From sequence record LC592711.1: DNA of 64,000 nucleotides; one strand, 5' to 3'. The notes beneath the pieces were generated by a model. That model saw only the letters and a list, made by a program, of their open reading frames with translations. It searched no databases and was not told the origin of the DNA. Below are positions 1 through 9,037 of the stretch, one piece after another (the stretch's first letter is position 1; each line of letters starts with the position of its first letter). The translations under genes and the position numbers were made by a program.

Positions 1-62
1 TTCAAGAGCGCTGGCGGTGTAGCTATTTTCTTTTTATAAAGGAGATTGGCACCTAGCATATG

Positions 63-671
63 TCACCACGCATTATAGCCAGAAGGAAGCGGATATGTCA
101 GTCCGGTTCCAGTCAGCAAGTTAGCCGAACTATTGCTACCAGTTGCAGCCGCTCCCGAGATCATCGGATAGAAAGTCGTAGCCGATGAATAAGGTGTATA
201 ATCAAACGAGTTAAACGCAACCCCGTTTTTATAAAACTTCATGGTCTTGGCCGTCAGATCCATAGCGACGCCAATGACGTCGTTGAGCCAGGCATAAGTA
301 CCATACGAAAAACGTTGTGCTGTTCCGTAAAGCAACGCAGATACGTTCGACGTGTAGCTATAGAGAAGCAGTTCACCGGGACCACCCTGGTTCCATGGAT
401 GAAAGAGTCCAGTCGTCGACGGAGCAACTCCAATGCCAGGAGTGTAGCCCCCACTACCAGATTCGATTCCAGTAATCTTGACTTCGAAATACCATTTTCC
501 TGAAGAACGAGCAATCGTTCCTCGTACCGATCCACCAATGGTCGAATCGAATGTAACTGTTTTATTTCCATTGGACAACGTTACGCCAGAAGCATACATG
601 TCGCTAGGATTCAGAGTCAGAGTCGATGACTGGACTACAGACTTCTTATAAAGAAGTAACGGGTCATGCAT
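63..671 (-). CDS. SPRY/B30.2-like beta-sandwich (lectin-like) protein, probable virion fibre/decoration tip
   Basis: SPRY-type motifs 'SGKWYFEVKI', 'IGVA', 'DVIGVAMDL...MKFYKNG', 'FYPMIS'. The ATG at 671 is preferred over the GTG at 683. N-terminal MHDPLLLYKKSV tag is shared with 686-1366 and 62341-63000. Confidence 0.65.
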   Translation of the reverse strand: MHDPLLLYKKSVVQSSTLTLNPSDMYASGVTLSNGNKTVTFDSTIGGSVRGTIARSSGKWYFEVKITGIESGSGGYTPGIGVAPSTTGLFHPWNQGGPGELLLYSYTSNVSALLYGTAQRFSYGTYAWLNDVIGVAMDLTAKTMKFYKNGVAFNSFDYTPYSSATTFYPMISGAAATGSNSSANLLTGTGLTYPLPSGYNAW

Positions 672-685
672 AATTTTCACCAAAC

Positions 686-1366
686 TTAAATCAGTCCACC
701 AACAGGCGGTGTAAAGTTAGCCGTAATGATTGCAGAATCCCAGAATCCCCATTCGGCCGTATAAACGTTTATACCAGACTGACCAACAATCATGCTGTTG
801 TTGTTTATGATAGACGTACTGTCTGAGAAGTTGGCATAGGTATAGGAAGAACCAGTGCCATTTGCTAGCATGATTGCAGTACCGTTTATGTAAACGGTAT
901 TTACATTGGCCTTTCGCATAAATGCGATATGGTACCACGCTGTCGACATCTGGCCTTCAGTCACACTGGCATCCCAGCATGTGGCGATGGTCGACATGGC
1001 ATAGCCGAACTGCAGTCGATTACCGAAACCGTTGTCGCCGGTTCGGATATTAAACGCACTGCTCATTATCGTTACATAGCCGGTTGCGCCGACCAGTAAT
1101 ACTCGAAGAATTGCAGTGAAGTCAGCAGTACTGGTCCGACTTCCATTAGCATAATTGATCGTATCAACGCCCTTCATCGCAGTCGTATAACCAGAGAGCG
1201 AAATAGGAGGCGTTACAATCGCACCTGCGGCAGCAGTGTGGTTCGTGGGAGTGATCTTTCCAGTCGACGAATTGCTGCTGTAATTATAACCCCACAGAGG
1301 CTGAATGGAGTTGAGACCACCGCCACCCGACACTGCTTTCTTTTTTAAAAGCATCGGTGATAACAT
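686..1366 (-). CDS. Concanavalin-A/LamG-like lectin domain protein, probable virion fibre/decoration tip
   Basis: LamG-like 'DFTAILRV', 'WYHIAFMRKANVNTVYING', terminal 'ANFTPP'. G/S/T/N-rich. Start at ATG 1366 gives MLSPMLLKKKAV. Confidence 0.65.
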   Translation of the reverse strand: MLSPMLLKKKAVSGGGGLNSIQPLWGYNYSSNSSTGKITPTNHTAAAGAIVTPPISLSGYTTAMKGVDTINYANGSRTSTADFTAILRVLLVGATGYVTIMSSAFNIRTGDNGFGNRLQFGYAMSTIATCWDASVTEGQMSTAWYHIAFMRKANVNTVYINGTAIMLANGTGSSYTYANFSDSTSIINNNSMIVGQSGINVYTAEWGFWDSAIITANFTPPVGGLI

Positions 1367-1410
1367 AGTTTTCTCGCAAATTTGATTTACGTAAGTCACA
1401 GTATCGACCC

Positions 1411-1436
1411 CCTACCTAGCCGAAAGGCTAGGTAGG
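1411..1436. terminator. 11-bp stem hairpin downstream of the DNA polymerase gene
   Basis: cctacctagcc-gaaa-ggctaggtagg; no U-tract. Confidence 0.6.
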
Positions 1437-1446
1437 AAGAGATCGA

Positions 1447-3597
1447 TCAATACGTATCGTAGATCATTCGCGTGTTTTTCTTGTTGCTCATGAAGATGCC
1501 CATGGTTTCCAAGATGTGGTAGTAAGCACCACAGCAATCTCGCACAATCTTGCGTGCGTTCGAACCAATCAGGATCTCATCCGGAATGCCAGACAGCTGG
1601 ATGATACTGACAGGAACGTAAATCGTTGTCATGTACTTACGACCGATGCGAGTACATTCGTCTTGAATATCCTTCACGAGATCCTTGTTCTGAATCTGAT
1701 CCAGATAGACTTGCCAATCCGACACGTTACCGATTTCCAGAGAAACCTTCAACGACGTATAGGGCGGCTCATCGACCATGCCATAGATCTTGCCAAACGT
1801 ACGGTTCCAGAAAGTATGGTTCCAGTACGGTGTGCGATCTGCATCTTTGATTTTGTACGCATCCGCCTTCTTCAGGTGAGCAGCGCGGAAGTATTCGGTA
1901 TTACCCGACTTCACGTCTTCATAGATCGACCATTCTTTCTCAGCGACCATGTCGACGATGTCGTTCAGGTTAAGACCTTTACCATCCACCACAGCTTTCA
2001 TGGATTCCAGCAGGAAGTCTTTCACTTCTGTCACAATCGCGCCAGGTGTAGCCGACGAGATCATGTTTGCTCCCTTTAGTTCCAGGTCAGGCTTACGGAA
2101 TACGTTACCTTCCTGTGCTGTCTTCATGGCGTAGTAATGCTTGGCCATCGAAGTCGGGCAGAAGATCTTGAACTTGTACTCGTTCTTCATCTGCACGTCG
2201 AACAGACGATCCGGATGGACGCCATAGTTCGCAGACATCATTGCATGCAGGTGAGATGACGTTTGTGCGGCGAGATACACCACGACGTCAGAAGTCGATT
2301 CCATTTCGTCCGTGAAACCGATTGTGCCGTAAACACGACCAACCCATTCCTGAACGGTAAACAGAGTCGAGTCAGTATCGCCACCGAGAACGGAACGACG
2401 AAGACTGGTCGGGAAGTTGCCCGTGGATGCAGGCATGTTGCCCGTGAGCCAGAAAGCATCGATCAACGGCTGCACTGAGCACAGCGTATTGTTGATGTTC
2501 TTGGCATTGGTTGCGAGTACGCCGTAGTTGTGCGGACTTTCTTTCAGAATTTCCTTCGGCTTTTTACCAACCGAGAAAGAACGACAGATCTGACGCGACA
2601 GGTTAACGGTATCTTCCGAAACTGTCTTGAGAACGAACTGAGCTTCATCTACCGGCATCGATTCGTCGATGAAACGCGACAACTGATTCAGCAGACCAAC
2701 CACAAAACCAGTATTGTGCTTGTACAGATGGTAGAAATCACCAACATACACGAATGCCGCACGCTCAAGCGGCTTCATCGTTTCGACGAAATCCCACACA
2801 GGTTGCATGTGCTGGTTCGACTGGAAGTACAGCTGACGGCTACGCTCGATACAATCGTTGACGTCTTGCACTGTCGGCCAATGCAACTGGAACATCTTCA
2901 TCGCTTCTTCGACCTTCTCCAGATCGGTGATAGCGCAGATCGACACGAGGTTGTTCAGGATCGTGTCGCGGTCCATGTAGTGGCGATTGCCTTCGATGAA
3001 CTTTTCGTTGTTTGCGTTTCCGTATGCGGTCGTGTTACGGCAGTTTGTCGTAAGCGACGAATGCGAAGTCGGATTAAATAGAGCCGTCGACGGAGTGAGT
3101 GATGCCCCGGAGAGCGAGTTATTCGTGGTCTTTGCATTGTTCTGTCCGAGATCCTTAAATACATAGAGAACCATGTCCCCTGCATTCTTGGCATCGAACA
3201 TCTGATCTTTGAGCACCGAACGCTTAACGATGTTATCCATCGTGTAAAGCGACAGCAGCGATTGCCGAACATCCGGCGAGCAATACGACGTAAACGTCGG
3301 CGACATCGATTCGTTGTTCTCGAATACGTCTGCGAGATAACGCGACATCGTGGTTTCTTTGAGAACGCGGTCTTCGAAATTCTCACGATGGAGATAGCGC
3401 ACCATCGGATCCCGGAATTCAAACAGACCACCGGGTTTCATGTTCTTGACGACGAATTCTCGTGCAGCTTGGATCGTGATTCCCTTTCTCTTGGAGAGAA
3501 AGAGCGATGCCTGGTCTACATAACCGTTGAGCACTTTCGTGTCACGGCGATAGTCCTCTCGTTCTTTACGGAAAGTTACAGGTCGCAACTGATGCAT
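1447..3597 (-). CDS. Split family-B DNA polymerase subunit (phiKZ gp50-like)
   Basis: Motif B-like 'AKTTNNSLSGA' and motif C 'GDTDS'; no exonuclease or motif A recognised, as expected for a split enzyme. RBS AAGGA before ATG 3597 (716 aa). Confidence 0.85.
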   Translation of the reverse strand: MHQLRPVTFRKEREDYRRDTKVLNGYVDQASLFLSKRKGITIQAAREFVVKNMKPGGLFEFRDPMVRYLHRENFEDRVLKETTMSRYLADVFENNESMSPTFTSYCSPDVRQSLLSLYTMDNIVKRSVLKDQMFDAKNAGDMVLYVFKDLGQNNAKTTNNSLSGASLTPSTALFNPTSHSSLTTNCRNTTAYGNANNEKFIEGNRHYMDRDTILNNLVSICAITDLEKVEEAMKMFQLHWPTVQDVNDCIERSRQLYFQSNQHMQPVWDFVETMKPLERAAFVYVGDFYHLYKHNTGFVVGLLNQLSRFIDESMPVDEAQFVLKTVSEDTVNLSRQICRSFSVGKKPKEILKESPHNYGVLATNAKNINNTLCSVQPLIDAFWLTGNMPASTGNFPTSLRRSVLGGDTDSTLFTVQEWVGRVYGTIGFTDEMESTSDVVVYLAAQTSSHLHAMMSANYGVHPDRLFDVQMKNEYKFKIFCPTSMAKHYYAMKTAQEGNVFRKPDLELKGANMISSATPGAIVTEVKDFLLESMKAVVDGKGLNLNDIVDMVAEKEWSIYEDVKSGNTEYFRAAHLKKADAYKIKDADRTPYWNHTFWNRTFGKIYGMVDEPPYTSLKVSLEIGNVSDWQVYLDQIQNKDLVKDIQDECTRIGRKYMTTIYVPVSIIQLSGIPDEILIGSNARKIVRDCCGAYYHILETMGIFMSNKKNTRMIYDTY

Positions 3598-3637
3598 TGT
3601 TTCCGTTCCTTGGGTTGACAGCAAAAAAAAGATAACA

Positions 3638-3672
3638 CCCCGTAAAGCAAATCCGAAGATCACTTTACGGGG
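3638..3672 (-). terminator. Stem-loop with U-tract just upstream of the DNA polymerase start
   Basis: ccccgtaaag...ctttacgggg with an A8 run at 3623-3630 (U-tract on the minus strand). Confidence 0.5.
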
Positions 3673-3708
3673 CGGATTCAAACTAGATGGTGACCTAACA
3701 AAAAAATA

Positions 3709-4134
3709 TCAGGTCGTGGTCGTATTGCCATTGAAGGTGATCTGGAAGTTGACGAAGCCAGCTTGCTTGAGCATCGTCGACAGGCGTACCAGATCCGACG
3801 TCGAGACGTTCGGAATGACGATACCGGCAACGCTGACCTGAACTTCCGAGATGGAAGTCGGGTCAATCCAGGGCTCACCGATGATGGTGATCGTGCCATC
3901 GATTTTCTTGATCCGGTAGTAGTTATACTGACGCGGATCGTTGGGGAAACCCGTCGGCAAGTTCCCGGACGAGACAACAGCTGCATGCACGGGCTGGATG
4001 TCGCCTTGGAGCATGACTGCAGTTTCGAACGGGAAGTAGCCGAGGATCTCGACACGTTTGAAAGAAGTACCCAGGACATTCGGAGCATACGTCTCGAAGT
4101 CATAGATCTTCTTATTGTCCATCGCTTGTGACAT
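3709..4134 (-). CDS. Conserved phiKZ-like protein adjacent to the DNA polymerase (gp49-like), SH3-like beta-rich
   Basis: 'YDFETYAPNVLG...YNYYRIKKIDG...IGEPWIDPTSI' resembles the core gene next to the polymerase in this family; synteny. Confidence 0.6.
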   Translation of the reverse strand: MSQAMDNKKIYDFETYAPNVLGTSFKRVEILGYFPFETAVMLQGDIQPVHAAVVSSGNLPTGFPNDPRQYNYYRIKKIDGTITIIGEPWIDPTSISEVQVSVAGIVIPNVSTSDLVRLSTMLKQAGFVNFQITFNGNTTTT

Positions 4135-4146
4135 GGATGTTCACCT

Positions 4147-4527
4147 TTAATCGTCGAACGGAGTTTCGAATCTTTTCACCACAATAGAGCGGTTATTCCG
4201 GTTCGACTCAGGTGCGTACTCGAATCCATCGCCAGCGTACAGACCGTGCGCCCGTAATTGCGACGCAATGTTTTTTACGAGAAGAAAAAAAGATTCCAGG
4301 AACCGTTGGAGGAATCTTGGATCGGGCTCCAGATGTTCACGATAGAAATTCCCCAACTTGGACAGTTGAGGTTCCTCGTGAACATCTTCGAGCTCGAAGA
4401 TGATGACGTCGAACACCATCAGGACGACGTCACTCAAAACGTATTCAGGTAGTTTCTTCTCCGGACCCACATCGCGACAGAATTCACGAAGCGCGTGTCG
4501 GAGGTCGACAATTATCCGCTCAGACAT
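4147..4527 (-). CDS. Hypothetical protein (paralogue-array member 6)
   Basis: 126 aa, GAAGG RBS, overlaps the upstream gene. Confidence 0.75.
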   Translation of the reverse strand: MSERIIVDLRHALREFCRDVGPEKKLPEYVLSDVVLMVFDVIIFELEDVHEEPQLSKLGNFYREHLEPDPRFLQRFLESFFLLVKNIASQLRAHGLYAGDGFEYAPESNRNNRSIVVKRFETPFDD

Positions 4528-4940
4528 TCCCCTTCACCATGTTGGTCGATTTCATGTTCAGAAAAGATCTTGATGATCATATCCATACCCACAAACCCTT
4601 CAAATTTCAAAATGCTTGGAACTTGTGAGTTCAGAAGTTCAAGCTCTTTCATGTAACTAAAAAGTGTCGTCACGAATTCGTACGCCATCTGGGCAACGTC
4701 ATCCGTGTACAACTCTTCGAGGATCCCCGTATCCGTGAGTTCCACGGCCATCTTCATCGTAGCTTCCAGGAGCTCGATATGTTGATTGGTCTTAGCGTTC
4801 TGAGAATGATGCAACCACATCACCATCGTGATCAGCATCTGCATCAGAACAAACTGATGTTCATCCTCTCGGAAATATTCCTCGAAGACGCTCTTCCATT
4901 TCTGGATCCGATCTTTCGTCGGAATAATGAATTTTTGCAT
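4512..4940 (-). CDS. Hypothetical protein (paralogue-array member 5)
   Basis: 142 aa, packed operon, acidic. Confidence 0.75.
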   Translation of the reverse strand: MQKFIIPTKDRIQKWKSVFEEYFREDEHQFVLMQMLITMVMWLHHSQNAKTNQHIELLEATMKMAVELTDTGILEELYTDDVAQMAYEFVTTLFSYMKELELLNSQVPSILKFEGFVGMDMIIKIFSEHEIDQHGEGECLSG

Positions 4941-4995
4941 GTTAACGATTCGCCGATAGGTGTCTCATAACCATTGCCGAACGATCGATGTATTT

Positions 4996-5352
4996 TTATT
5001 CGATCACCTCAAACTTCAACGACATAAAACTGTCGCTGGGAATGAAGCTAACGTGCTGATGAATGAATCCTGCACGCTGCAACTCGCGGAGAATGTGCGC
5101 ACGGATCCTCATAAAGAAATCCATGATTCGCATCTGCTGCCCAACAGTAAATGGCTTGACTTCCTGATGACCCTGAAACCAGTAGTCACCATAAACCATT
5201 CTCCTGATGTACGCGCGATCTTCTTTATCTCCACGTATGCCTTCACACAGGTTGTCTAGGGTCTCGGAATAATCGATTAATCCAAACTCCAGTGTAAAGA
5301 ATTCCCGGAACATTTTCAGAATTTGGATCTTATCGATCAAGACCAGTTTCAT
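4996..5352 (-). CDS. Hypothetical protein (paralogue-array member 4)
   Basis: ATG 5352 overlaps the upstream stop (translational coupling) and follows a GAGG RBS; 118 aa. Confidence 0.7.
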   Translation of the reverse strand: MKLVLIDKIQILKMFREFFTLEFGLIDYSETLDNLCEGIRGDKEDRAYIRRMVYGDYWFQGHQEVKPFTVGQQMRIMDFFMRIRAHILRELQRAGFIHQHVSFIPSDSFMSLKFEVIE

Positions 5353-5939
5353 CAGAACCTCAATCGCATTTTCAAAGCGTGAGCGCTGGACCACTGAAGG
5401 CTGCGTTCATCGATGGCATAATCGCCGTGCACATCGCGAATTAACGACATCGTCGCGCGAACCATATCGTCTATGATTGCACCGACTTTTGTTGCTTCAC
5501 GAATCTCGTACTCTTCAACCGAGTAATTCCGATTGAAGGTGGCGTTGGAGAAATAGGTTGCTTCTTCTTCCTTTTTCGTCCACTCAGCCATCGCATCGTT
5601 CATCTCCCGAAAGATCTGAACGTCACGTGCACTTATATCTACTTCTCGCTGGGTCGCCATCACACACGACTCGATAAAACCCTCCAGTTCATGCGGATAG
5701 AAATACAACAGATCCTCGGCAGGACCCACCTTTTCGAATACGTGACGGAAATCCACCAGGTAGGTTCGCTCACCCATGTAACGATCCTCCTTTAGCACTT
5801 CAATCATCCTCGGGTATTGCGTTGTGAAAAGATTCCGATTACGGAACGACTCATCTCTCAAAGCCAGCCCCGGTTTCGTTTCCACCTGGATCAGCCTAGA
5901 AGAAGTAGCCTCGTTGTTCTTCGTAACGTTCTGGAACAT
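5352..5939 (-). CDS. Hypothetical protein (paralogue-array member 3)
   Basis: 195 aa, coupled to its neighbours. Confidence 0.75.
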   Translation of the reverse strand: MFQNVTKNNEATSSRLIQVETKPGLALRDESFRNRNLFTTQYPRMIEVLKEDRYMGERTYLVDFRHVFEKVGPAEDLLYFYPHELEGFIESCVMATQREVDISARDVQIFREMNDAMAEWTKKEEEATYFSNATFNRNYSVEEYEIREATKVGAIIDDMVRATMSLIRDVHGDYAIDERSLQWSSAHALKMRLRF

Positions 5940-6321
5940 TGATAATCAGCTCCAATCTTTCGGTCAGCCAGTACATGTCCTCAGGTAGCTCGGCAGCGAT
6001 ATTCGGAAACCACGCCAAGACTTCACCCAGTACCAGATGTTCGAGTTCTTGTTTTACAAAGTCCGCCTCACCATTGATCATGCAATCGAGGTTCAGCGCC
6101 AGATCGAGTTCTTCCTGCATCTCGGTATGATCCGAAGTCAGATCAAAAACCTTCTCCACGATCAAAGGAAGAATCTCCTTGATGTGGCAGGTCGAATACG
6201 TTTTGCCTTTTTCTGTAGCCCTTCTGACGTACCAGTTAATGGGACGATGCAGATCGACTAGATATCTACCACCTTTGTACGGTGGCTTTGGATAGACGGG
6301 ATCATCGTCAAATGGTCTCAT
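5896..6321 (-). CDS. Hypothetical protein (paralogue-array member 2)
   Basis: ATG 6321 (MRPFDDD) overlaps the end of the upstream gene; acidic. Confidence 0.7.
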   Translation of the reverse strand: MRPFDDDPVYPKPPYKGGRYLVDLHRPINWYVRRATEKGKTYSTCHIKEILPLIVEKVFDLTSDHTEMQEELDLALNLDCMINGEADFVKQELEHLVLGEVLAWFPNIAAELPEDMYWLTERLELIINVPERYEEQRGYFF

Positions 6322-6883
6322 GCCGGTTAGCAATCTTTTCTTGTTCCGCTTTCGTCCACTGGATGACTCGCCAGTCTGCATACTCTTCGATCATCAGAGT
6401 GCGCAGATCACGACCTTGTGTGAGGCGATGCAAGACGAAACGGTTCGGATTCATGTGCTCGGTCGTCAGAGCCAGCAATTGCTTGAGGACATCATCCAGC
6501 ATGTCCGCAGCTTTCTTGTTTGCCGGATCGTTCAGATCGTAACGCAATTCTTCACGCAGTTCTGCTTCGATGTCGAAACCGATCAGCTCACGAAGATTCA
6601 TGAGGTGGATATGCCAGTCACAGTCTTCGCCATAAACCCAGGCGCGCCGACGATTGACGATAGCTTCCATGATCGTGATAACGACCTTGCGAACGAGATG
6701 CGTGAGAGCCGGTTTTGTAAAGTCGTATTCCTGGATGCTCGGCAGCATCTCGAAGATGTTCATGATGGCAGCAATGTGCTGCTGCGGATCGATAATGGTA
6801 ATCTTGAACGGACGATCGGAGATAACCGAAGTATCCATCCAGACTACACCATCCGATGCTTTTGTGAATTCGGGTTCTTTCAC
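6308..6883 (-). CDS. Hypothetical protein (paralogue-array member 1)
   Basis: 191 aa, GTG start with an AAGGACGGAG RBS region. Confidence 0.75.
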   Translation of the reverse strand: MKEPEFTKASDGVVWMDTSVISDRPFKITIIDPQQHIAAIMNIFEMLPSIQEYDFTKPALTHLVRKVVITIMEAIVNRRRAWVYGEDCDWHIHLMNLRELIGFDIEAELREELRYDLNDPANKKAADMLDDVLKQLLALTTEHMNPNRFVLHRLTQGRDLRTLMIEEYADWRVIQWTKAEQEKIANRHETI

Positions 6884-7037
6884 CTAAACTCCGTCCTTGT
6901 AAAATGCCTCTAAAAGCTGCAGAATGACCCCGTAGTGCATTTGATTAGTGTCGGATATAAGAATATACTTACAACCATTCCAAAGCCTTCAGAGAGCCTA
7001 AAATTTAAATATAAAAATTTGGCGGCATAAGTGGAAG

Positions 7038-7067
7038 ACTCCAGAACCCCCGAAGGAGTTCTGGAGT
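7038..7067 (-). terminator. Hairpin after phuZ (cUUCGg loop on the minus strand), followed by TTATG
   Basis: actccagaac-ccccgaagga-gttctggagt; CATAA at 7026-7030. Confidence 0.65.
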
Positions 7068-7077
7068 TCACCCAGCT

Positions 7078-8073
7078 TTAGAACACCAGGCCGTTGCTGG
7101 CCTTCTTGGTATTGCCTTCCGACAGCTTGTTGCGAACGACACGCGCGCCTTCACGTGTTTCGTAATCCGCCAACTGCTTGCGCAGGTTCTTCATGACGCC
7201 GTCGAGGAAACCATCAGCCACCACGAAGTGCAGCGGGAACTTCATGTCCTTGTCTGCATCCGGATGAACCGGAACGCCGACGCGCTGGAACTCGACCGGA
7301 CGATCGAGCTTCGTGTTGTTCAGGTCGTTGTTCAACGTTGCCACCGTCATCAGGTTGGCATCCGAACCGAGGTTCAGCTTTTCCCGATGAATCGACAGCA
7401 CGCCGACCTGCGGCGCAAACGACGTGACATTTTCCGGATGGAAAACGTTGATCAGGTCGCGAGCATCCAGGTTCTTGTTCTGGCCGCTGAACAGAACGGT
7501 CAAACACGATACTGCCAGATGCACCTTCGCGTCGACTTCTTCGATCGTGCCGTCGATGCCGTTTTGCAGATACTGCAACACGATCGACTTCTCGCGCGTT
7601 TCGACGATCCCTTCGTAGGACTCCATCGTACCGATGGTGTTCAGGATGTAGTTCTTGGTGTCGTCACCGCCGATCGAGAACACGATTGCAGTCTTGCCCT
7701 GAGCGAGTGCTTCCGATGCGATCGACGGACCCATCACCGAACCAGAACCACCGGTCGTGGAATGGATGATGATGTTGACGTCGGCCAGCGGGAATTTCTG
7801 GAGCATTTCGCCGGTGTACTTGATGATGTCCGGGCCATTGTAGCGGCGAACACCGCCCGAGCCGTTTGCTTCCGGCAGCTGATAGAAGTGCTCCGACGGC
7901 ACACCGAAGGTAGATGCTTTGGAGGTGTCCATGTACACCGGATCGAGTTCTGCATAGCCGGTATTGCGATTGCCGCGTTCCGGTTCGAAATACTTGCCGA
8001 TTCCGATGCCTGCGCCGCCGCAAGCGTAAATGCGAAGTTTGCCCAGCGTGTTGGTATTGTTCAGTTCCGACAT
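7078..8073 (-). CDS. phuZ: PhuZ phage tubulin (spindle protein)
   Basis: Tubulin/FtsZ motifs 'YACGGAGIGIG', 'MDTS', 'GSGG', T4-loop 'STTGGSGS', T7-like 'NLDARDLIN'; jumbo-phage context. Confidence 0.92.
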   Translation of the reverse strand: MSELNNTNTLGKLRIYACGGAGIGIGKYFEPERGNRNTGYAELDPVYMDTSKASTFGVPSEHFYQLPEANGSGGVRRYNGPDIIKYTGEMLQKFPLADVNIIIHSTTGGSGSVMGPSIASEALAQGKTAIVFSIGGDDTKNYILNTIGTMESYEGIVETREKSIVLQYLQNGIDGTIEEVDAKVHLAVSCLTVLFSGQNKNLDARDLINVFHPENVTSFAPQVGVLSIHREKLNLGSDANLMTVATLNNDLNNTKLDRPVEFQRVGVPVHPDADKDMKFPLHFVVADGFLDGVMKNLRKQLADYETREGARVVRNKLSEGNTKKASNGLVF

Positions 8074-8143
8074 GTTCAGTTCTCACTGTGAAATTTTAAA
8101 AGATGAGCCAGCGTCGAATTGATTTCGATACTGATTCACGTTT

Positions 8144-8159
8144 GTAATATATCGCTGAA
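8144..8159 (-). promoter_or_regulatory. Early (virion RNAP) promoter motif upstream of phuZ
   Basis: Minus strand TTCAGCGATATATTAC contains the phiKZ early consensus TATATTAC. Confidence 0.7.
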
Positions 8160-8182
8160 TTTCGTTTAAACAAGGACTCCCT

Positions 8183-8995
8183 ATGCATTCAGGATCGGCC
8201 GTTGAGAAGGCCATCACGGAGATCAAGTACATCATCCCTGAGGAGATTCTTGATCTCGTCTTTCTCAAGAAAGCTTACTTCTTTCGTGACAGGCCGACCA
8301 ACCTGGATCGAGAAATAATCAAGAAGGTCATCGCACCACGCGTGATGGTCGACTGCAGTCTCATCGGAGGTACAGACTATATCGTACCCCTGATGGATAT
8401 TTATCGCGAGCTTACCGAGGAGTGGATGGCTGTTTACCGCATCCCGAAAGAGTTCACCGATAACCGCAGCGTCATGTCGATTCTCGGCGTGATGTATATC
8501 AATCCGTACATGGTATCGGCGCCCGCGGGTAACAACATTACTGGCTGGTCGCACATCATGGCGACTACTCAGGCAGTGCTGGAAGCGATGTCTCCGATTC
8601 CGAACTTCAGTTCGTCGGATGTTTCGCTTGAAGGTGAGAACGTGATTGTCATTCGTGACGCTCGAGTTCTGCCCTCCTTCAGTTATGCTCGTGTCATTCT
8701 GTCTTACGACGAGTACATGAGCAACATCAATCCGCGTTCGTATCTCGCGTTTGCCAAGATGTGTGAACTCGCAGTCAAGTCATACATCTGGAAGAACCGC
8801 GTGATTCCTCTGGATCGTGGTGAACTGACTGCTGGCGTGACACTTGGCGCCATCAAGGAAGTCATCGACGAGTACAAGGATGCGGAACAGATGTACCAGG
8901 ATTATCGCAAAGATACCATGCGAAAAGTCCTGTTGATGAACGACGAAGGACGCAAACGTCGTCATCTCACGCGCATTATTGGCGGCTATAAATAA
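8183..8995 (+). CDS. Conserved phiKZ-like virion structural protein
   Basis: 270 aa; 'AITEIKYIIPEEILDLVF', 'LAVKSYIWKN...GVTLGAIKEVIDEYKDAEQMY' recall a conserved family protein; divergent from phuZ. Confidence 0.6.
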   Translation: MHSGSAVEKAITEIKYIIPEEILDLVFLKKAYFFRDRPTNLDREIIKKVIAPRVMVDCSLIGGTDYIVPLMDIYRELTEEWMAVYRIPKEFTDNRSVMSILGVMYINPYMVSAPAGNNITGWSHIMATTQAVLEAMSPIPNFSSSDVSLEGENVIVIRDARVLPSFSYARVILSYDEYMSNINPRSYLAFAKMCELAVKSYIWKNRVIPLDRGELTAGVTLGAIKEVIDEYKDAEQMYQDYRKDTMRKVLLMNDEGRKRRHLTRIIGGYK

Positions 8996-9003
8996 TGTGG
9001 ACT

Positions 9004-9031
9004 CCTACTCTACCCGAAAGGGTAGAGTAGG
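9004..9031. terminator. 12-bp hairpin at a convergent gene junction
   Basis: cctactctaccc-gaaa-gggtagagtagg. Confidence 0.7.
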
Positions 9032-9037
9032 TAGACC

